Part shown: in pieces, positions 9,088 to 20,654 of the stretch
Layout of the letters: every line of letters starts with the position of its first letter
How positions within the stretch are numbered: position 1 is the stretch's first letter
Sequence record: MZ189262.1
Strand: one strand, 5' to 3'
Source of the DNA: Escherichia phage W143
DNA: 64,000 nucleotides
Program-made: the position numbers and the translations under genes
The notes under the pieces: model-generated
Databases searched by the model: none
What the model was told of the DNA's origin: nothing
What the model saw: only the letters and a program-made list of their open reading frames with translations

Positions 9088-9193
9088 ATATTCCTCATAA
9101 TGCTTTATAAATGTTGGTGGTATAATGGGTCTAAGTCCCTTCCATTCAATTCCAATTAGAACAAACAATAGAAAAGAATGGAAGATAATAGAA

Positions 9194-10018
9194 TTAAATA
9201 TTTGACCAGACTTTGTTTGCAGAGAAACGTTTTCCTTTTGAAACGAACTGCTGAAGTGGCATCAACACAACGTTCGCCCAGTCTTTCGGGGCGATTTCAA
9301 CAAGGCTACCCATAATATTACCAGGTATATATGCCTTAATCATTTGGTCTGCACCCCTAAATCCTTTCACTTGACTCCAATCAATTTTTAATTTCGTTTT
9401 ATTAGTAATAGTAGGTGTATTTGAATATTGCTTTAAAAGCTCTTCTAGAAATTGCTGACGAGCTTTAGGTGGAATATAGTGCAAGTTCAATCCGTACATT
9501 AAATTATGTTTACCTAAACCGAGGTAAATTATCAAAGGAAATTTATCCCAGTAAGGAAGAGTTTCTTTGTGTTTAGCATCGTAAGCAAAAGCATATATTC
9601 GTCCCGGCTGCGGGCGAACAACTTTATGTCCTTTTACTTGCTTAATAGTTTCAGCAAACCACTTTCTGGTTTTATTATTAATTGCTGCACCTTCATTACG
9701 AATTTTATCACGCAATGTTTGCCTGAATGAATTTATCATAAGCAGTTGTCTTTCTTGCTTATTGAGTTTATTCATTGGTTTTGATTCAAGCTTTTGAATC
9801 TTTTCAGCTGTTTTAATTCCTGAAGCATATTTTGACATTGCCGAAGTAAACGTAGAATATTTAATTCCTCTTTCTTCAGCAAATTGCTTTCCTGTCATTC
9901 CTTTTGCTTTGGCCTTTTTGTATTCAAGACCTATCTGAATCCATTTCTTTTCGTTTAATGATTGCTTAACCTTTGGAACTTGGGGAGTGCTTTCATTAAT
10001 TATTTGAAAAATAGCCAT
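9194..10018 (-). CDS. 2: DNA end protector protein gp2
   Basis: 274 aa, position and length as T4 gp2. Confidence 0.85.
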   Translation of the reverse strand: MAIFQIINESTPQVPKVKQSLNEKKWIQIGLEYKKAKAKGMTGKQFAEERGIKYSTFTSAMSKYASGIKTAEKIQKLESKPMNKLNKQERQLLMINSFRQTLRDKIRNEGAAINNKTRKWFAETIKQVKGHKVVRPQPGRIYAFAYDAKHKETLPYWDKFPLIIYLGLGKHNLMYGLNLHYIPPKARQQFLEELLKQYSNTPTITNKTKLKIDWSQVKGFRGADQMIKAYIPGNIMGSLVEIAPKDWANVVLMPLQQFVSKGKRFSANKVWSNI

Positions 10019-10470
10019 TATGCCCCCTTAAAGCCAAGAGCTCGTAATCCATCTTCTGTTAGAATTCTAAATTTTATTCCACGCTTTTCAGCTAACGATT
10101 GCGCTGCTTTCCATTTATCAGTGTTAACAGAATATGTATAAATTTCATTCATAAATCTTTTCTTCGCTGCGGTTGTTAGATGTGCTGGTTTAACTGGTGG
10201 TTGTGTTTCTTTTTTAGGCTTTATTTCAATAAAAAATTCTTGTCCAGAAGAATCTTTCATCCAAATATCCATGAAGTATCTACGTTTTTTCCCTTCTGCA
10301 TTACAAAAATAAGGAATTACTGCTGTTTCACTACCCCATGCAATAATTTCTGGATTTTTATCTAACCATTCAAAAAAGAATTTTTCCCAATTTGATCTAT
10401 ACGTAATTTTTTTAGGGTCACCTCTATATTTTGATATATTTTTAGGAACCCATTTTCCAGAATATGCCAT
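10018..10470 (-). CDS. 4: head completion protein gp4
   Basis: 150 aa, start/stop overlap with gene 2. Confidence 0.85.
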   Translation of the reverse strand: MAYSGKWVPKNISKYRGDPKKITYRSNWEKFFFEWLDKNPEIIAWGSETAVIPYFCNAEGKKRRYFMDIWMKDSSGQEFFIEIKPKKETQPPVKPAHLTTAAKKRFMNEIYTYSVNTDKWKAAQSLAEKRGIKFRILTEDGLRALGFKGA

Positions 10471-10481
10471 TGGATTCTCCT

Positions 10482-10489
10482 TATAAATA
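10482..10489 (+). promoter_or_regulatory. late promoter TATAAATA for gene 53
   Basis: exact TATAAATA ~30 nt upstream of ATG 10518. Confidence 0.6.
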
Positions 10490-10496
10490 GATAATA

Positions 10497-10504
10497 TATT
10501 TATA
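10497..10504 (-). promoter_or_regulatory. late promoter TATAAATA (minus strand) for gene 4
   Basis: plus TATTTATA ~30 nt upstream of the gene 4 start at 10470. Confidence 0.6.
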
Positions 10505-10517
10505 AACAGGAGGGCCC

Positions 10518-11108
10518 ATGCTCTTTACATTTTTTGATCCGATTGAATATGCGGCCAAAACGGTGAATAAAAACGCGCCGACTATTCCTATGACAGATAT
10601 TTTTAGAAACTATAAAGACTATTTCAAACGTGCTCTTGCGGGATACCGCTTACGTACTTATTATATTAAAGGTTCACCACGCCCGGAAGAATTAGCAAAT
10701 GCTATATATGGAAATCCGCAGTTGTATTGGGTTTTATTGATGTGTAATGATAATTATGATCCGTATTATGGATGGATTACTTCGCAAGAAGCTGCTTATC
10801 AAGCATCTATACAAAAATACAAAAACGTAGGTGGAGACCAAATAGTATATCATGTGAATGAAAACGGTGAAAAATTTTATAATTTAGTATCATATGATGA
10901 TAATCCATATGTTTGGTATGACAAAGGCGATAAAGCTAGAAAATATCCTCAATATGAAGGAGCACTTGCTGCGGTCGATACGTATGAAGCTGCTGTTCTT
11001 GAAAATGAAAAACTTCGTCAAATAAAAATAATAGCAAAATCAGACATCAATTCATTTATGAACGACCTTATACGTATAATGGAGAAATCTTATGGAAATG
11101 ATAAGTAA
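10518..11108 (+). CDS. 53: baseplate wedge protein gp53
   Basis: 196 aa, GGAGG SD. Confidence 0.85.
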   Translation: MLFTFFDPIEYAAKTVNKNAPTIPMTDIFRNYKDYFKRALAGYRLRTYYIKGSPRPEELANAIYGNPQLYWVLLMCNDNYDPYYGWITSQEAAYQASIQKYKNVGGDQIVYHVNENGEKFYNLVSYDDNPYVWYDKGDKARKYPQYEGALAAVDTYEAAVLENEKLRQIKIIAKSDINSFMNDLIRIMEKSYGNDK

Positions 11109-12819
11109 TAACCTTAATTGGTTTGTTGGTGTTGTTGAAGATAGAATGGACCCATTAAAATTAGGTCGTGTTCGTGTTCGTGTAGTTGGTCTGCATCCAC
11201 CTCAAAGAGCCCAAGGCGATGTAATGGGTATTCCAACTGATAAATTACCATGGATGTCAGTTATTCAACCTATAACTTCTGCAGCAATGTCTGGAATTGG
11301 AGGCTCCGTTACTGGTCCGGTAGAAGGAACTAGAGTTTATGGTCATTTTTTAGACAAATGGAAAACTAACGGAATTGTCCTTGGTACGTATGGCGGAATA
11401 GTTCGCGAAAAACCTAATAGACTTGAAGGATTTTCTGACCCGACTGGACAGTATCCTAGACGTCTAGGAAATGATACTAACGTATTAAACCAAGGCGGAG
11501 AAGTAGGATATGATTCGTCTTCTAATATTATCCAAGATAGTAATTTAGACACTGCAATAAATCCAGATGATAGACCGCTATCAGAGATTCCAACTGATGA
11601 TAATCCAAATATGTCAATGGCTGAAATGCTTCGCCGTGATGAAGGATTAAGACTAAAAGTTTATTGGGACACAGAAGGATATCCGACAATTGGTATTGGT
11701 CATCTTATCATGAAGCAGCCAGTTCGTGATATGACCCAAATTAATAAAGTTTTATCAAAACAAGTTGGTCGTGAAATTACCGGAAATCCAGGTTCTATTA
11801 CAATGGAAGAAGCGGTAACTTTATTTGAACGCGATTTGGCTGATATGCAACGTGACATTAAATCACATTCTAAAGTTGGCCCAGTTTGGCAAGCAGTTAA
11901 TCGTTCTCGTCAAATGGCGTTAGAAAATATGGCATTCCAAATGGGCGTTGGTGGCGTAGCTAAATTTAACACAATGTTAACTGCTATGTTAGCCGGAGAT
12001 TGGGAAAAAGCATACAAAGCCGGTCGTGATTCATTATGGTATCAACAAACAAAAGGCCGTGCATCCCGTGTTACCATGATTATTCTTACAGGTAATTTGG
12101 AATCATACGGTATTGAAGTTAAAACACCGGCTAGGTCTTTGTCAGCAATGGCTGCTGCTGTAGCAAAGTCTTCTGATCCAGCTGACCCTCCTATTCCGAA
12201 TGATTCGAGAATTTTATTCAAAGAACCTGTTTCTTCATATAAAGGTGAATATCCGTATGTTCATACAATGGAAACTGAAAGCGGTCATATTCAGGAATTT
12301 GACGATACCCCGGGACAAGAACGATACAGATTAGTTCATCCGACTGGAACATATGAGGAAGTATCACCGTCAGGAAGAAGAACAAGAAAAACTGTTGATA
12401 ATTTGTATGATATAACAAATGCTGATGGTAATTTTTTGGTAGCTGGCGATAAAAAGACTAACGTCGGTGGATCAGAAATTTATTACAACATGGATAATCG
12501 TCTCCATCAAATAGATGGAAGCAATACAATATTTGTACGTGGCGATGAAACTAAGACAGTTGAAGGTAATGGAACTATCCTAGTAAAAGGTAATGTTACT
12601 ATTGTAGTTGAAGGTAATGCTGACATTACAGTTAAAGGGGATGCTACTACTTTAGTTGAAGGAAATCAAACTAATACAGTAAATGGAAATCTTTCTTGGA
12701 AAGTTGCTGGGACAGTTGATTGGGACGTTGGTGGTGATTGGACAGAAAAAATGGCATCTATGAGTTCTATTTCATCTGGTCAATACACAATTGATGGATC
12801 GAGGATTGACATTGGCTAA
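11092..12819 (+). CDS. 5: baseplate hub / cell-puncturing spike with lysozyme domain gp5
   Basis: 575 aa; N-terminal OB domain, central T4-lysozyme-like domain, C-terminal VxGxxxxx beta-helix repeats. Confidence 0.95.
   Translation: MEMISNNLNWFVGVVEDRMDPLKLGRVRVRVVGLHPPQRAQGDVMGIPTDKLPWMSVIQPITSAAMSGIGGSVTGPVEGTRVYGHFLDKWKTNGIVLGTYGGIVREKPNRLEGFSDPTGQYPRRLGNDTNVLNQGGEVGYDSSSNIIQDSNLDTAINPDDRPLSEIPTDDNPNMSMAEMLRRDEGLRLKVYWDTEGYPTIGIGHLIMKQPVRDMTQINKVLSKQVGREITGNPGSITMEEAVTLFERDLADMQRDIKSHSKVGPVWQAVNRSRQMALENMAFQMGVGGVAKFNTMLTAMLAGDWEKAYKAGRDSLWYQQTKGRASRVTMIILTGNLESYGIEVKTPARSLSAMAAAVAKSSDPADPPIPNDSRILFKEPVSSYKGEYPYVHTMETESGHIQEFDDTPGQERYRLVHPTGTYEEVSPSGRRTRKTVDNLYDITNADGNFLVAGDKKTNVGGSEIYYNMDNRLHQIDGSNTIFVRGDETKTVEGNGTILVKGNVTIVVEGNADITVKGDATTLVEGNQTNTVNGNLSWKVAGTVDWDVGGDWTEKMASMSSISSGQYTIDGSRIDIG
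12550..12700 (+). repeat. in-frame 24-nt periodic repeats encoding the gp5 triple beta-helix (VEGNGTIL/VKGNVTIV/VEGNADIT/VKGDATTL/VEGNQTNT)
   Basis: octapeptide periodicity visible in the gp5 translation. Confidence 0.6.
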
Positions 12820-12853
12820 TATACTTCCAATGAGCGCTGATTTAGGAGAATCC

Positions 12854-13348
12854 ATGGAAGGTTCTTCTATCGACGTCACCTTTACCGCTCAATTAGAAAC
12901 GGGTGAAACGTTAGTATCTATAAATATAACTAGTTACGAAGAAACTCCTGGGGTTTTAGTAGAAGAAAATCATTTATATGGAACGTATGAATCTGTGTTT
13001 GGATTTGGAAATGACGCATTGAAATATCGTTTAGATGATGAATTTAAAACTGCTGCTTCATGGGAAGACCTTCCAACTGATTCTAATACTCAGTTATATC
13101 TATGGAAAGCTCCTCAAAACCTCCAGAAGACATTCACTTACGAAGTAACATTAATATATGACTACCAAGAACAAAGTGAATCTGGAGGTTCTGGTAGTAA
13201 TTCTAGGTCATCTTCTGATACTACTGAACCAACGGATCCTCCTGCTCCAATAAGAAAAACTCTTGTTAAAAATTACACAAAAACTATAGTTGGAAATTGG
13301 AGTCGTTGGGCTAATAAATTGAGAAGCTACGTATATGAGAGGCAATAA
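12854..13348 (+). CDS. gp5.1-like hypothetical protein; start placed at ATG 12854
   Basis: AGGAG 5 nt upstream of ATG 12854; the track ORF from TTG 12791 overlaps the gp5 end. Confidence 0.5.
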
Positions 13349-13641
13349 TGTCAGGATTAAGTTATGATAAGTGTGTTACTGCTGGCCATGAAGCGTGGCC
13401 TCCAACAGTTGTGAATGCTACACAAAGTAAAGTATTCACTGGAGGAATTGCTGTTCTCGTAGCAGGTGATCCAATTACAGAACATACAGAAATTAAAAAG
13501 CCATATGAAACACATGGCGGAGTGACACAACCTAGAACTTCTAAGGTATATGTCACTGGAAAGAAAGCTGTTCAAATGGCTGATCCAATATCATGTGGTG
13601 ATACTGTGGCTCAGGCATCATCTAAAGTATTCATTAAATAG
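13348..13641 (+). CDS. 5.4: PAAR-repeat spike tip protein gp5.4
   Basis: 97 aa, Gly/Val-rich small protein directly after gene 5, ATGA overlap. Confidence 0.8.
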
Positions 13642-13649
13642 GATTTAAA

Positions 13650-15632
13650 ATGGCAAATACCCCTGTAAATTATCAATTAACAAGAACAGCAAATGCTATT
13701 CCCGAGATATTCGTCGGGGGTACATTTGCTGAAATAAAACAAAACCTCATTGAATGGCTTAATGGCCAAAATGAATTTTTGGATTATGATTTTGAAGGCT
13801 CAAGATTAAACGTTCTGTGTGACCTTTTAGCTTATAATACATTATACATTCAGCAGTTTGGTAATGCTGCCGTATATGAAAGCTTTATGCGTACTGCTAA
13901 CTTACGTAGTTCAGTAGTTCAAGCGGCACAAGATAATGGATATTTACCTACTTCAAAATCAGCTGCTCAAACTGAAATTATGTTAACTTGCACAGACGCA
14001 TTGAATAGAAATTACATTACTATTCCTCGTGGTACTCGCTTTTTAGCATATGCAAAAGATACTTCCGTTAATCCTTACAACTTTGTATCTACCGAAGATG
14101 TTATTGCTATTCGCGATAAAAATAACCAGTATTTTCCACGTTTAAAATTAGCCCAAGGGCGTATAGTAAGAACTGAAATCATTTATGATAAATTAACACC
14201 TATTATCATTTATGACAAAAATATAGATAGAAACCAAGTTAAACTGTACGTTGATGGAGCAGAATGGATTAACTGGACAAGAAAGTCAATGGTTCATGCT
14301 GGTTCTACATCAACAATTTACTACATGCGTGAAACTATTGATGGAAATACTGAATTTTATTTTGGTGAAGGTGAGATTTCTGTTAACGCGGCAGAAGGAG
14401 CATTGACTGCTAATTATATTGGGGGTCTTAAACCTACCCAGAACTCTACGATTGTTATTGAGTACATCAGTACTAACGGCGCAGATGCGAATGGCGCAGT
14501 CGGATTTTCATATGCAGATACATTAACAAATATAACTGTCATCAACATTAATGAAAATCCAAATGATGACCCAGATTTTGTTGGGGCAGATGGCGGCGGC
14601 GATCCAGAAGATATTGAGCGTATTCGCGAATTGGGTACTATTAAACGCGAAACCCAGCAACGCTGCGTAACTGCGACTGACTATGATACATTCGTTTCAG
14701 AGAGATTCGGTTCTATTATTCAAGCGGTTCAGACTTTCACTGATTCTACTAAACCTGGTTATGCATTTATTGCTGCTAAACCTAAATCAGGACTATATTT
14801 AACTACTGTACAACGCGAAGATATTAAAAATTATCTCAAAGATTATAATTTAGCTCCTATTACACCATCAATTATTTCTCCTAATTATCTTTTTGTTAAG
14901 ACTAATTTAAAAGTCACATATGCTTTAAATAAGCTGCAAGAATCAGAACAGTGGCTAGAAGGTCAAATAATTGATAAAATTGATCGTTATTATACCGAAG
15001 ATGTAGAAATTTTTAACTCATCTTTCGCTAAATCTAAGATGTTGACATATGTAGATGATGCAGATCATTCTATTATTGGCTCATCAGCGACAATTCAGAT
15101 GGTACGTGAAGTACAAAACTTCTATAAAACGCCTGAAGCGGGTATTAAATACAATAATCAAATAAAAGATCGTTCTATGGAATCTAATACGTTTTCATTT
15201 AATTCCGGACGAAAGGTTGTAAATCCTGATACTGGCTTAGAAGAAGATGTATTATATGACGTTCGTATAGTATCAACAGACCGAGATTCTAAAGGAATTG
15301 GTAAAGTTATTATTGGTCCATTTGCTTCGGGTGATGTTACAGAAAATGAAAACATTCAGCCATATACAGGCAATGATTTTAATAAATTAGCAAGTTCCGA
15401 TGGACGCGACAAATACTACGTTATCGGTGAAATAAATTATCCAGCTGACATGATTTATTGGAATATCGCTAAAATTAATTTAACATCCGATAAATTTGAG
15501 GTTCAGACTATTGAGCTATATTCTGATCCAATAGACGATGTTATTTTCACACGCGATGGTTCACTGATTGTATTTGAAAATGATTTACGTCCACAATACT
15601 TAACTATCGATTTGGAGCCTATATCACAATGA
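13650..15632 (+). CDS. 6: baseplate wedge protein gp6
   Basis: 660 aa, N-terminus MANTPVNYQLTRT. Confidence 0.9.
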   Translation: MANTPVNYQLTRTANAIPEIFVGGTFAEIKQNLIEWLNGQNEFLDYDFEGSRLNVLCDLLAYNTLYIQQFGNAAVYESFMRTANLRSSVVQAAQDNGYLPTSKSAAQTEIMLTCTDALNRNYITIPRGTRFLAYAKDTSVNPYNFVSTEDVIAIRDKNNQYFPRLKLAQGRIVRTEIIYDKLTPIIIYDKNIDRNQVKLYVDGAEWINWTRKSMVHAGSTSTIYYMRETIDGNTEFYFGEGEISVNAAEGALTANYIGGLKPTQNSTIVIEYISTNGADANGAVGFSYADTLTNITVININENPNDDPDFVGADGGGDPEDIERIRELGTIKRETQQRCVTATDYDTFVSERFGSIIQAVQTFTDSTKPGYAFIAAKPKSGLYLTTVQREDIKNYLKDYNLAPITPSIISPNYLFVKTNLKVTYALNKLQESEQWLEGQIIDKIDRYYTEDVEIFNSSFAKSKMLTYVDDADHSIIGSSATIQMVREVQNFYKTPEAGIKYNNQIKDRSMESNTFSFNSGRKVVNPDTGLEEDVLYDVRIVSTDRDSKGIGKVIIGPFASGDVTENENIQPYTGNDFNKLASSDGRDKYYVIGEINYPADMIYWNIAKINLTSDKFEVQTIELYSDPIDDVIFTRDGSLIVFENDLRPQYLTIDLEPISQ

Positions 15633-18600
15633 CAGTAAAAGCACCTTCAGTCACTAGTCTCAGAATTTCCAAGTTATCCGCAAATCAGGTGCAAGTACGC
15701 TGGGATGACGTTGGTGCTAATTTCTACTATTTTGTAGAAATCGCTGAGACAAAAACAAACTCGGGGGAAAATCTCCCGAGTAATCAATACAGATGGATTA
15801 ACTTAGGATATACTGCAAATAACAGCTTCTTTTTTGATAACGCTAATCCATTGACATCGTACATTATTAGAGTAGCTACAGCTGCGCAGGATTTTGAGCA
15901 GTCTGATTGGATTTATACTGAAGAGTTTGAAACTTTTGCTACAAACGCTTATACATTTCAAAACATGATTGAAATGCAATTAGCTAATAAATTCATTCAG
16001 GAAAAATTTACTCTTAATAATTCTGACTATGTCAATTTTAACAATGACACTATAATGGCTGCATTGATGAATGAATCGTTTCAATTCAGCCCATCATATG
16101 TTGATGTTTCATCAATAAGTAATTTTATTATTGGTGAAAATGAGTATCATGAAATACAAGGTTCTATTCAACAAGTATGTAAGGATATTAACCGAGTTTA
16201 TTTGATGGAATCAGAAGGGATTCTATATCTTTTTGAGCGTTATCAACCTGTAGTTAAAGTATCTAATGATAAAGGACAAACCTGGAAAGCTGTAAAGCTC
16301 TTCAATGACCGCGTAGGATATCCTTTATCTAAGACTGTATATTACCAATCTGCGAGCACAACATACGTTCTAGGATACGACAAGATTTTCTATGGCCGCA
16401 AATCTACTGATGTTAGATGGTCAGCTGATGATGTCAGATTTAGTTCGCAGGATATAACATTCGCTAAACTTGGTGATCAACTTCATTTGGGATTTGATGT
16501 TGAAATCTTTGGTACTTATGCTACATTACCTGCAAATGTGTATCGCATTGCAGAAGCTATTACTTGCACCGATGATTACATTTACGTTGTCGCCAGAGAC
16601 AAAGTTAGATACATAAAAACGAGTAATGCACCTATAGATTCTGATCCATTATCTCCAACATATTCGGAAAGACTTTTTGAACCTGATACAATGACTATAA
16701 CCGGAAATCCTAAAGCAGTATGCTATAAAATGGATTCTATCGGTGATAAAGTTTTTGCTCTTATTATTGGTGAAGTTGAAACATTAAATGCTAATCCTAG
16801 AACATCAAAAATAATTGACTCTGCTGATAAAGGAATATATATTTTAAATCATGACACGAAAACATGGAAAAGAGTTTTTGGCAACACTGAAGAAGAAAGA
16901 AGACGTATTCAACCTGGATATGCGAATATGTCAACTGACGGTAAATTAGTTTCTCTATCTTCGAGTAATTTTAAATTTTTAAGTGATAACATTGTTAATG
17001 ACCCTGAAACTGCAGCGAAATATCAGTTAATCGGTGCTGTTAAATATGAATTTCCTCGTGAATGGCTAGCTGATAAGCATTATCATATGATGGCATTTAT
17101 AGCAGATGAAAAATCTGATTGGGAAACTTTTACGCCTCAGCCGATGAAATACTATGCAGAACCATTCTTTAACTGGTCTAAAAAATCTAACACACGTTGT
17201 TGGATAAACAACTCTGACAGAGCTGTAGTAGTTTATGCTGATTTAAAATACACCAAAGTTATAGAAAATATTCCGGAAACATCACCAGATAGATTAGTTC
17301 ATGAATACTGGGATGATGGTGATTGTACGATAGTAATGCCAAATGTTAAATTCACGGGATTTAAAAAATATGCGTCTGGGATGCTTTTTTATAAATCTTC
17401 TGGTGAAATAATTTCTTACTATGATTTTAACTATCGAGTGAGAGACACGGTTGAAATAATTTGGAAGCCAACTGAAATATTTTTAAAAGCATTTTTACAA
17501 AACCAAGAGCGTGAAACTCCTTGGTCCCCGGAAGAAGAGCATGGATTGGCTGATCCTGATTTAAGACCATTGATTGGCACAATGATGCCTGATTCTTATT
17601 TGCTACAGGATTCTAATTTTGAGGCATTCTGCGAGGCATATATTCAGTATCTTTCCGATGGATATGGAACTCAGTATAATAATTTACGAAATTTAATTCG
17701 TAACCAATATCCGCGAGAAGAGCACGCGTGGGAATATTTGTGGTCAGAGATATATAAAAGAAACATTTATTTAAATGCTGATAAACGTGATGCTGTTGCA
17801 AGATTTTTTGAATCACGTAGCTATGATTTTTATTCTACTAAAGGAATTGAAGCATCATACAAATTTCTTTTTAAAGTTCTTTATAATGAAGAAGTTGAAA
17901 TTGAAATTGAATCTGGGGCTGGTACTGAATATGATATAATCGTTCAATCTGATTCTTTGACTGAAGATTTAGTAGGACAAACGATTTATACAGCTACAGG
18001 AAGATGTAATGTTACTTATATAGAAAGAAGCTATTCCAATGGCAAATTGCAATGGACCGTAACTATTCATAATCTTTTGGGAAGATTAATTGCCGGTCAA
18101 GAAGTTAAAGCAGAAAGACTCCCTAGTTTCGAAGGCGAAATTATTCGCGGGGTTAAAGGAAAGGATTTGCTTCAAAATAATATAGACTATATTAATAGAA
18201 GTAGATCATATTATGTAATGAAAATTAAATCCAATTTACCTTCTTCCCGCTGGAAATCTGACGTTATTCGTTTTGTTCATCCAGTAGGATTTGGATTTAT
18301 AGCAATTACCCTTTTAACAATGTTTATTAATGTTGGTTTAACTCTTAAACATACAGAGACTATAATTAATAAATACAAAAACTATAAATGGGATTCTGGA
18401 TTGCCTACTGAATACGCTGATAGAGTAGCTAAATTGACTCCAACCGGTGAAATTGAGCATGATTCGGTAACAGGCGAAGCAATTTATGAACCTGGCCCAA
18501 TGGCTGGTGTAGAATATCCTCTTCCTGATGACTATAATGCTGAAAATAATAATTCAATATTTCAAGGTCAATTGCCGTCTGAACGACGTAAATTAATGAG

Positions 18601-18727
18601 TCCTCTATTTGATGCATCTGGAACAACATTTGCACAATTTAGGGATTTAGTTAATAAACGTCTAAAAGATAATATAGGAAATCCAAGAGACCCTGAAAAT
18701 CCAACACAGGTTAAAATAGATGAATGA
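15629..18727 (+). CDS. 7: baseplate wedge initiator gp7
   Basis: 1032 aa, ATGA overlap with gene 6. Confidence 0.9.
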   Translation: MTVKAPSVTSLRISKLSANQVQVRWDDVGANFYYFVEIAETKTNSGENLPSNQYRWINLGYTANNSFFFDNANPLTSYIIRVATAAQDFEQSDWIYTEEFETFATNAYTFQNMIEMQLANKFIQEKFTLNNSDYVNFNNDTIMAALMNESFQFSPSYVDVSSISNFIIGENEYHEIQGSIQQVCKDINRVYLMESEGILYLFERYQPVVKVSNDKGQTWKAVKLFNDRVGYPLSKTVYYQSASTTYVLGYDKIFYGRKSTDVRWSADDVRFSSQDITFAKLGDQLHLGFDVEIFGTYATLPANVYRIAEAITCTDDYIYVVARDKVRYIKTSNAPIDSDPLSPTYSERLFEPDTMTITGNPKAVCYKMDSIGDKVFALIIGEVETLNANPRTSKIIDSADKGIYILNHDTKTWKRVFGNTEEERRRIQPGYANMSTDGKLVSLSSSNFKFLSDNIVNDPETAAKYQLIGAVKYEFPREWLADKHYHMMAFIADEKSDWETFTPQPMKYYAEPFFNWSKKSNTRCWINNSDRAVVVYADLKYTKVIENIPETSPDRLVHEYWDDGDCTIVMPNVKFTGFKKYASGMLFYKSSGEIISYYDFNYRVRDTVEIIWKPTEIFLKAFLQNQERETPWSPEEEHGLADPDLRPLIGTMMPDSYLLQDSNFEAFCEAYIQYLSDGYGTQYNNLRNLIRNQYPREEHAWEYLWSEIYKRNIYLNADKRDAVARFFESRSYDFYSTKGIEASYKFLFKVLYNEEVEIEIESGAGTEYDIIVQSDSLTEDLVGQTIYTATGRCNVTYIERSYSNGKLQWTVTIHNLLGRLIAGQEVKAERLPSFEGEIIRGVKGKDLLQNNIDYINRSRSYYVMKIKSNLPSSRWKSDVIRFVHPVGFGFIAITLLTMFINVGLTLKHTETIINKYKNYKWDSGLPTEYADRVAKLTPTGEIEHDSVTGEAIYEPGPMAGVEYPLPDDYNAENNNSIFQGQLPSERRKLMSPLFDASGTTFAQFRDLVNKRLKDNIGNPRDPENPTQVKIDE

Positions 18728-19724
18728 TTCAAGTGTTATCTATCGTGCGATAGTTACTTCAAAATTTAGAACAGAAAAAATGTTGAATTTTTATAATTCA
18801 ATTGGAAGTGGTCCGGATAAAAACACTATCTTTATTACATTTGGAAGATCAGAACCGTGGTCATCAAACGAAAATGAGGTGGGATTTGCCCCACCTTATC
18901 CCACCGATTCTGTGTTAGGTGTAACTGACATGTGGACTCATATGATGGGAACCGTGAAGGTTCTTCCATCTATGCTTGATGCAGTTATTCCTCGTCGAGA
19001 TTGGGGAGATACTAGATATCCGGATCCATACACATTTAGAATTAACGATATTGTAGTGTGTAACTCAGCTCCTTACAACGCTACCGAATCAGGCGCAGGC
19101 TGGTTAGTATATCGTTGTTTAGATGTTCCTGATACTGGAATGTGCTCAATTGAGTCTTTAACTAATAAGGATGAATGCCTTAAGCTAGGTGGAAAATGGA
19201 CTCCTTCTGTTAGGTCAATGACTCCTCCTGAAGGTCGAGGAGACGCGGAAGGAACAATCGAACCTGGAGACGGGTATGTATGGGAATATCTTTTTGAGAT
19301 TCCGCCTGATGTATCTATAAACAGATGCACGAATGAATATATCGTGGTTCCTTGGCCTGAGGAATTAAAAGAAGATCCGACTAGATGGGGGTATGAAGAT
19401 AACCTCACTTGGCAGCAAGATGATTTTGGATTAATTTACCGTGTTAAGGCAAATACTATTCGTTTTAAAGCATACTTAGATTCAGTTTATTTTCCTGAAG
19501 CTGCATTGCCAGGAAATAAAGGATTTAGACAAATATCGATAATCACGAATCCTCTTGAAGCTAAAGTTCATCCAAATGACCCAAACGTTAAAGCTGAAAA
19601 GGATTACTATGATCCGGAAGATTTAATGAGGCATTCGGGCGAAATGATTTATATGGAAAATAGGCCACCTATTATTATGGCAATGGATCAAACAGAAGAA
19701 ATCAATATTCTGTTTACATTTTAA
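18720..19724 (+). CDS. 8: baseplate wedge protein gp8
   Basis: 334 aa, N-terminus MNDSSVIYRAIVTSKF. Confidence 0.9.
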   Translation: MNDSSVIYRAIVTSKFRTEKMLNFYNSIGSGPDKNTIFITFGRSEPWSSNENEVGFAPPYPTDSVLGVTDMWTHMMGTVKVLPSMLDAVIPRRDWGDTRYPDPYTFRINDIVVCNSAPYNATESGAGWLVYRCLDVPDTGMCSIESLTNKDECLKLGGKWTPSVRSMTPPEGRGDAEGTIEPGDGYVWEYLFEIPPDVSINRCTNEYIVVPWPEELKEDPTRWGYEDNLTWQQDDFGLIYRVKANTIRFKAYLDSVYFPEAALPGNKGFRQISIITNPLEAKVHPNDPNVKAEKDYYDPEDLMRHSGEMIYMENRPPIIMAMDQTEEINILFTF

Positions 19725-19729
19725 ATTAA

Positions 19730-19752
19730 GGGAGCCCATGGGCTCCCTTTTT
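19730..19752 (+). terminator. intrinsic terminator after gene 8
   Basis: perfect palindrome gggagcccatgggctccc followed by TTTTT. Confidence 0.65.
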
Positions 19753-19755
19753 CTT

Positions 19756-19763
19756 TATAAATA
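19756..19763 (+). promoter_or_regulatory. late promoter TATAAATA for gene 9
   Basis: exact TATAAATA 25 nt upstream of ATG 19788. Confidence 0.65.
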
Positions 19764-19787
19764 CTATAAACTCATAAGGAAACCGCT

Positions 19788-20654
19788 ATGTTCATTCAAG
19801 AACCAAAGAAATTGATTGATACCGGCGAAATTGGTAACGCTTCTACTGGTGATATCTTATTCGACGGTGGTAATAAAATTAATAGTGATTTTAATGCAAT
19901 TTATAACGCGTTTGGCGATCAGCGTAAAATGGCAGTAGCAAATGGTACTGGTGCTGACGGCCAAATTATCCATGCTACTGGATATTATCAAAAGCATTCT
20001 ATCACAGAGTACGCAACTCCAGTAAAAGTTGGCACTAGACATGATATTGATACCTCTGCTGTTGGTGTTAAAGTTATCATTGAAAGAGGAGAACTCGGCG
20101 ACTGTGTTGAATTCATTAATTCTAATGGATCGATATCAGTTACTAATCCTTTAACAATTCAAGCCATTGATTCAATTAAAGGTGTTTCGGGTAATTTGGT
20201 AGTAACTAGCCCATATAGTAAAGTAACTTTGCGCTGTATTTCATCTGATAATTCTACGTCAGTTTGGAATTATTCTATTGAAAGTATGTTTGGCCAAAAG
20301 GAATCACCTGCCGAAGGTACATGGAATATTTCTACATCTGGATCAGTTGACATTCCATTATTTCATCGTACTGAATACAATATGGCTAAATTGCTAGTTA
20401 CTTGTCAATCGGTAGATGGAAGAAAAATTAAAACGGCAGAAATAAATATTCTTGTAGATACTGTTAATTCAACGGTCATTTCTTCTGAATATGCTGTCAT
20501 GCGGGTTGGGAATGAAACCGAAGAAGACGAAATCGCTAATATTGCATTTAGTATTAAAGAAAATTATGTAACGGCGACTATAAGTTCTTCAACTGTCGGT
20601 ATGAGAGCAGCAGTTAAAGTTATCGCTACGCAGAAAATCGGGGTGGCTCAATAA
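19788..20654 (+). CDS. 9: baseplate wedge / long tail fibre socket gp9
   Basis: 288 aa. Confidence 0.9.
   Translation: MFIQEPKKLIDTGEIGNASTGDILFDGGNKINSDFNAIYNAFGDQRKMAVANGTGADGQIIHATGYYQKHSITEYATPVKVGTRHDIDTSAVGVKVIIERGELGDCVEFINSNGSISVTNPLTIQAIDSIKGVSGNLVVTSPYSKVTLRCISSDNSTSVWNYSIESMFGQKESPAEGTWNISTSGSVDIPLFHRTEYNMAKLLVTCQSVDGRKIKTAEINILVDTVNSTVISSEYAVMRVGNETEEDEIANIAFSIKENYVTATISSSTVGMRAAVKVIATQKIGVAQ

Noticed and set aside
12550-12700. Possible CRISPR-like or mobile tandem repeat at the 24-nt periodic DNA repeats
   Set aside because: The periodicity is in-frame and encodes the VxGxxxxx beta-helix of the gp5 spike; no spacer/repeat architecture. No CRISPR array is present anywhere in the window.
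12791-12853. N-terminal extension of gp5.1 from TTG 12791 (track ORF MMDRGLTLANILP...)
   Set aside because: Overlaps the gp5 C-terminus in another frame and lacks an SD; the ATG at 12854 has an AGGAG SD 5 nt upstream.
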